Assembly (NCBI GenBank): GCA_964016885.1
Contig: OZ024740.1
Span: 271,622,001 to 271,686,000 of the forward strand
Direction of reading: 5' to 3'
Length of the DNA stretch: 64,000 nucleotides
From: Eledone cirrhosa
Taxonomy: Eukaryota
In this document: positions 1 to 64,000 of the stretch, piece after piece
How positions within the stretch are numbered: the stretch's first letter is position 1
How the letters are laid out: every line of letters begins with the position of its first letter
Notes under the pieces: generated by a model
Told to the model about the DNA's origin: nothing
What the model saw: the letters and a program-made list of their open reading frames with translations, nothing else
The model's database searches: none
Program-made: the position numbers and the translations under genes

Positions 1-696
1 ACTCAACCCTTCCCCAAACTTGTATTTATCTTGAACAACTGCCCTGACTATATCTTCCAATTAAATATTGATTTACTTTAGTGAAAGAAAGAAAACAAAA
101 GGAGAAATTTACATAGCACATTTTTCAAGGGATGAAGCAAAGGTTATGTGATTTTTATCTGATACTTTCTCTAAGAAAATAAACCGAATTACCTGGATGC
201 AGCGATTCTTGATAAATCAACATTCCCAGACCAACCAAAGTTTGCCAGCATCTTTTTAAAACAATTTATCCAAAATATAGTATATAGTGAATCATCATCA
301 CCATTTAGTGTCCATTTTTCCATGCTAACATGGGTTAGACGAGTTGTCCCATTGTGAGACAAGCCTGGTCAGATGACTGTGTCTTGTTCATACAGAACTG
401 ATTCTGGCTTGGTTTCTACAGCTGGATGCCTTTCCTAATGCCAACCATATTTACAGTGTTGACTGGGTACTTTTTATTGTGACACCTACACGACCCCTTT
501 ACAGTGTAGGCTGGGTGTCTTTTATCGTGATTCCTACACATCCATGTGATTGTATTTATTTTAAGTTTTAATAAACCCAAGCAAAGTTGAATACAACTGC
601 TAACACAATATATTTCCTATTTTTAAGTTATAGAAGAAAAACCAGAATCATTTCGATGTCAGAATGAAATTAATAGTGGTTATTGTATAATTTTAG

Positions 697-41818
<41,122 letters not shown>

Positions 41819-41877
41819 AATATTATAAAATTGCATTTAACAAGTCTTAATCCATTTCTCTAATTTATATGTTGTAT

Positions 41878-41883
41878 AATAAA
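41878..41883 (+). promoter_or_regulatory. Candidate VPS45 polyadenylation signal
   Basis: AATAAA 60 nt after the stop; a second one near 41908. Confidence 0.5.
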
Positions 41884-42229
41884 TACTTTATTATGCAATT
41901 TGAAAAAAATAAAAACTAATGAGCAACCTTACTGACTGTCATTGTTATTCATACAATATTACATTACTGAATTAACCCTTTAGCATTTAAACCAGCCTCA
42001 AACTGGTCTCTCATACTGATGTTAAGGTATTGTTCTCAAAATAAATAACACCCAAATCTTGTAGATTCGATATTGTGAGATAAAGCCTTTACCACAAAAA
42101 TACTATAGTATATATAGAATAAAATAAATGCTAAAGGGTTGTTTTATTCAGAATTATTATCCCTAATCCTGTTACAGTAAATATATATATATATACACAC
42201 ACACACACTCAAGTGGTTTTAACACAGAT

Positions 42230-43060
42230 CACAACTAAACTCTAGTTTCCCTCAAAGTAGGATCCTCCAAATTCAATGCACTTGTCGCACTCCAACCACT
42301 TCTGGAAGGCCTCCTTGTAGTCCAAAGTGAAGGTGTCCAGGGTGCTTGTCACAGCCTCCATCTTCAAAGCAGATACCCTTGAACCTCTTTAGCTTTGGGA
42401 ACACCCAGAAGTCACATGAGGCTAAATCTGGACTGTAGGAAGGATGAGGGACTGTCTTGATCACCAGACTTAGGGTTCTGGTCTCTTGTAATGAAATCTC
42501 TTTCTAAATTGCCTAAAAACCTACATCGTACTGTGGGGGACCCAGTGGATGTAGATGATGCCCTTGCTGTCGAAGAATGGGATCTGCATTTCTTGGGTCT
42601 TTGGGAGTCAATGTTTCTACTGGGCACTGACTCTTGGTCTCTGGATCATAACAGTAGACCCAGCTCTCATCACAGGTTAGCAGATACTCAAGGACACGTG
42701 GATTCGAAGCAATCCACTCAACCATCTCCCTACTGTCATCAATGCACCTCTGCTTTTGATCTTCATTGACCACCTTGGAAATAAACTTGGCATCTGTGCA
42801 CGGTGCCCTCAGCCATTTCAAATTGTCAGAAGAGATGCACAACAGGCCTCATCCAGAATTTTGTCATTCCTCACCTGCGCCAATGGAAAACATTCGCCTA
42901 GCTCATGAAAGTTTTGACCATTTCTTAGGTTTCTGCTGAGCTTCACAAAACTATTGCATATTGAGCTTTCAAGTTGTCCTAAAGTGGTGTAGCAGCCTGA
43001 ACCTGGAAAAAGATCTGGATGGCAACAGAGTGACAGTTACATAATTCAATTAAAAGGGCC
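42230..43060 (-). mobile_element. Mariner-type transposase relic
   Basis: LLTCDESWVYCYDPETK and HPSYSPDLASCDFWVFPKLK motifs, frameshifted. Confidence 0.8.
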
Positions 43061-44462
43061 TTAGAAAAAAAAACCTCTTGAGTGTACCTTGGTATATTGC
43101 TGAATGGACATTTTATTCACTGTTAGTAAAATGAAATATAAAGGAATCCATTGTTTTTTTGTTTTTTTAATGTGAATTTAGACCACTTTATTTTAAGTCT
43201 TTCACTGGTCTATTTTAGTTGAAAAAAATTGAGTAGTGTATCTGCATGATTGAAAATAATTTATTCCCACTAGCCTTAGTCAAACTAGTGATCCGGCCTA
43301 AATTCTTGCAACAGAGTTAACTCAACTAAAGGCACCCAAGGACCAGGTGGTGGTATGTAAGTTAAGAAATATGATAAAAAAAAAAAAAAAAAAAGGTAAA
43401 ATAGTGGTTCAACATATTCAAGGTCAATATTTTGCCGATTTTCATCAACTTCAAAATTCTACGTAATTGAGGTGCTAAAATACTTTCACTTTGGAGGTGA
43501 ATATTGCACCAGTTTCTTTTTTGATATTAAATGAATATGGCTTTCAAAACAGTTGAAAATTGATAAAAATTCATTATGTAATGGAATTCTAAAACAAAAA
43601 CTATACTCTAAAAACTTCATAAATATATTCTTCTTTGCCCACTTATTCCTGAGAGGGTCGTGGGGGCAGAGTCCTCAAACACTCCTTCCAGAAGCAACCG
43701 TCTCCAACTGGATCCCCAAGCTCATGGATGCTATCCAAACATGTTGCTTGGGCCTACTGCTGGCTGGTTTTGCCCAGCGATTGGAGCTGTGATCTCAATT
43801 CAGAGAAGTATATTCTCCACATCATAAATAAATTCAAAACCATGCCAGCTAAACATTTCAATTTTTGCCCATTTCTCAGACATAAAATAGGGCTTATATG
43901 TGTATATACAGTAAATAAGATGGATTAAGCTTCCTATATGTTCAGAATGGAAAACCTGTTGGTTTTTAAATGGTAATAATTTGACTAATAAGAATGGCAT
44001 TGAGCAACACATGCTATTTCATTAGCTATAGCTATGAAGCCGAATGGAATGCATGATTGTGCTTTTGTGATCAAGATATTTTGGGGGAGTTTTTTTGTTT
44101 GTTGACCCAGTTACTCAAACACACTGAATTTCACAGAAAAGTGTGTAGACATGGCTAGAAAATGTTATGTCTGGTTCAGCATAAAACACAGACATCAAGT
44201 GTTAGAAACACTGGGGAATATAGAGACTAACAATAACTGAAACAAATCAACAAAAAAGAAATCACTGGTTTTTTTCATTGGCACAAGACCACAAATTTTG
44301 GAGGAATGTTTAGTCAACTCAAATGTTAACCCTTATATGTGGTAGAATTTAATCGACATTTTCCACATCAGAAATCAAAGCTTTATAACTGGCATAAAAT
44401 AGTACAGCTTTAAGATAAAATATATTAAAAGAAAAAAGATGCAAACAAAAGCATAGAAGACA

Positions 44463-44482
44463 TTTATTTCCAAACTTTTATT
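44463..44482 (-). promoter_or_regulatory. Candidate UPF1 polyadenylation signals
   Basis: AATAAA at 44477-44482 and 44463-44468 on the minus strand, followed by U/GU-rich sequence; no TE recognised from here to 46226. Confidence 0.5.
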
Positions 44483-46226
44483 GACGTTAAAACAGCACTA
44501 CACTGTAAAAGCACAATTCCTTTAAAATCCCATAGCAAAGTTTTCTACTGACTACAATTTAGCAAGAAGTCTGTCAAAAGAGTCATAACAAATAACTTAA
44601 CAATTTGTTAAACCTTATCTACTTAGATATCCAGTAAGTGGGAGGGAAGTACTATGTTACAAGCTTTAAAGCTGAAAATGTTCAAAACATTGAAAGGAAG
44701 CTTAAACAGAACACATTTTCTTTCTAAAAAAAAAAAAAAATGTCATTTAAAGTCAAAATAATTGTCATCTACAAAATGTTAATGGAAACAAAAAATAATT
44801 TACACAAAATAAATCCTAATACAAGCTGCTGAAGTTAGAAAAATAAAAGTATTTGGATAGCTTACAAAACTTTTTCAAGTTCAAATTAATCCAAAGAAGG
44901 ATTAGAGAATGTGCTTCAAGAAACAGGGAGAAATAAAGAATTAACATTGTATAATTTAGAGTTCTGATTTTTATTTTGCACTAAGCAATCACAATGTAAT
45001 ATAAATCAAACAAAGATTAAAACACAAAGCTATACTTATATGAAACCCATTGAAAAATACACCCTAGTTACAAATAATTTAGACATAATTTGCTGTTTGT
45101 TTTTACTCTCCCGCTAAAAAAGAAAAAATTTAACCCAAGTAAAATTTGCACGTCAGGGCCATATTATGAGATAACTAAGAATTTATGAGTGATAGTTAAA
45201 ACACTGCATGTGTATTTATATATATCTGTTAAACCTATTTCAAAACTATACAAAGTTAAATTGTGTAGATTGGGGCTTTTTCCTTTTTAACTGCTAGATG
45301 ATATAAAAAACAAAGCTGAACAAGATGGCTTTTAGCATATACAAGTAATGTGAAGCCCTTCATACTGAGAAATGGTAAGAAAAGTGTCATTTAACTCTGG
45401 CAGCTAACCGATTCAGAAGTTAATAGGAAATTTGTTGTTTTCTTCCTTCCTCTCTCGCTCGCACTCTCTCTATGTATCTATCTCTATCTCTTTATTTTTA
45501 TTGAGAAATTTTGTTTCACTAGAGAATTTAATAGTTAAAGTGCCTGAACACCCCAAAAAGGAAGCAAGAAAGAAATGTGGTGTGTGTGATTAATTAGGAA
45601 AGTATTATAGGGAGGGGACAAAAATAATCAAATTAAAACTAAAGTAAAATGTCTATTTTAGAAAGACTAAAAAAGAAAATAGTAGTTGAAGGAGAATGAA
45701 AAAAAAAATATGATCAAAATTGATCTCCCCAATAAGCCCTATGTCCAGGATATTAACAGGTCCTGTACTGCACAGTTGCACTGTCTGTCTACATGTGGCA
45801 TTGGAGGTTTCAAATTTAGGATAGTTCCCAATTAATTTTTTTTTTAATTATTACTTTTTTTCCTTTTTATTTTATTTTCGTTTCTTTTTTTTTTTCAATT
45901 ATTTCAAGCCAGATGATGTCTTAATTCAAGTATGCCATGAATCCAGATTAGGGCAGTGTCTGCTGTCTGTGTCTTCAGCTTCTAAGGTATGCATGTGTAT
46001 GTGTGTATCTGCCTGCAGTCAAACAGCAAGTGAGACTGGCAGGCAGTGACAGCGACAGGGAGTAAGTGAATGAAGTTGGTCGGCAGGAGGGAATAGAGAG
46101 TAACTTATTAGGAGCTGTGGCCACACAACTCAGTACTCCAGCCGATTCGCAGTAATATTGTATAAGCCAGGCATTTAAAGCCCAAGGCAAATTTTCCTCA
46201 CTTGGAGCAAATTTGCACGTTTCTTT

Positions 46227-46341
46227 CTGAATCACAGAAAATGAAGGAATAAAAAAATTAAATCTTGAAAAATTTCTAGACAAATTTCTTCTGATTTGAT
46301 TTTTTAAAAAACTTTGTCATTTTCTATGAGTATATTCTTAC
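46227..46341 (-). other. Predicted 115-nt intron within the UPF1 3' UTR
   Basis: GCT|gtaaga donor; tttaat branch-like motif, then ttttttattccttcattttctgtgattcag| acceptor; AT-rich segment between two GC-richer segments. Confidence 0.6.
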
Positions 46342-46797
46342 AGCTATCAGCCTGCTTTGCCAACCTGTTATGTTGGTAACACACTCTTGCTTTTCTGTCA
46401 GCTCATTCTCGCTTGGGGGGTGGGGGAGGCATAAGGAGTTGTTTTGCTTGCATGCTCTTTCGCCCACAAGTATCAACTGATCCTTCAGCTGCCACCACTA
46501 ACGGTGGCAGCACCAGCAGCTCCCAACATCAGACACAGCTGCAACAAGCAAACCTGCAGCACAAGTAGCCATGCACCTCCCTGTCCTTAACTCACTGCAC
46601 AACCGTCACCCTCCTCCACCTCCTCCAGTACACTTGCTACACTTATGTGCAGCAGACGTCATCATCGTCGAGTGGTTTGTGGTTCTCTCCGCCGGTCAGA
46701 CACTGCAGCCTTGTACACTGGTAGTTAGTTGTATCCTCTGCTTTCTTGTTTCAAGCCTACTGTTCCTGCCACAAGGGGGGCTGCAACACCGCGGCCA

Positions 46798-63687
<16,890 letters not shown>

Positions 63688-64000
63688 CTAAAAAGAAACA
63701 ATTTCAAAACATTATATCAAATTGGTTTACAATTATACTTCCCTCATAATATTTCGTTAAAATTTACTAATAGTTTTAGAATTAAAGTATTCTCTACAAA
63801 ACTTATGTATAGCAGATACGTGAATTTTTCAGCTCCTCAACATATGTCTATACAAAATTAAGTTCCATTACAATGAATTTTAGTCAGGAGGAAGGAAGGG
63901 CAATGCTCATTACCTTTTACAGGGCCTATGAGACTGGTTCACAGTCTATCATGTGTTATAATTGACAGTTGATTAGGGACCGGGTGAAAATAGACGAGAT

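Overview
This is eukaryotic (metazoan) genomic DNA, not prokaryotic. It is AT-rich and dense in (TA)n/(CAT)n microsatellites. The repeat landscape (RTE LINEs with (GAT)n tails, tRNA-derived SINEs, Penelope-like elements) suggests a mollusc, plausibly an octopod cephalopod; that is inference. The window holds the 3' parts of two convergent intron-rich genes. VPS45 is on the + strand (11 exons read by hand, stop 41816-41818). UPF1/RENT1 is on the - strand (13 exons, stop 46798-46800). All junctions are GT-AG and phases are consistent. Introns are filled with RTE LINEs (one near-intact copy), a Penelope-like element, CRE-like, CR1-like and Ingi/Vingi-like relics, a mariner relic, several MITE families and SINEs. 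Main observations: (1) UPF1 appears to have an intron about 456 nt downstream of its stop codon, which would make the core NMD helicase mRNA an EJC-type NMD substrate, and the last exon also offers an in-frame alternative C-terminus. (2) UPF1 has a 36-nt symmetric micro-exon. (3) A PHD-type C4HC3 finger sits inside the RT of the RTE elements. (4) A set of TA-embedded foldback modules carries hammerhead-ribozyme halves of the Penelope type. (5) An internally deleted RTE derivative has an HDV-ribozyme-like 5' end. All calls are from manual reading; no database searches were run.
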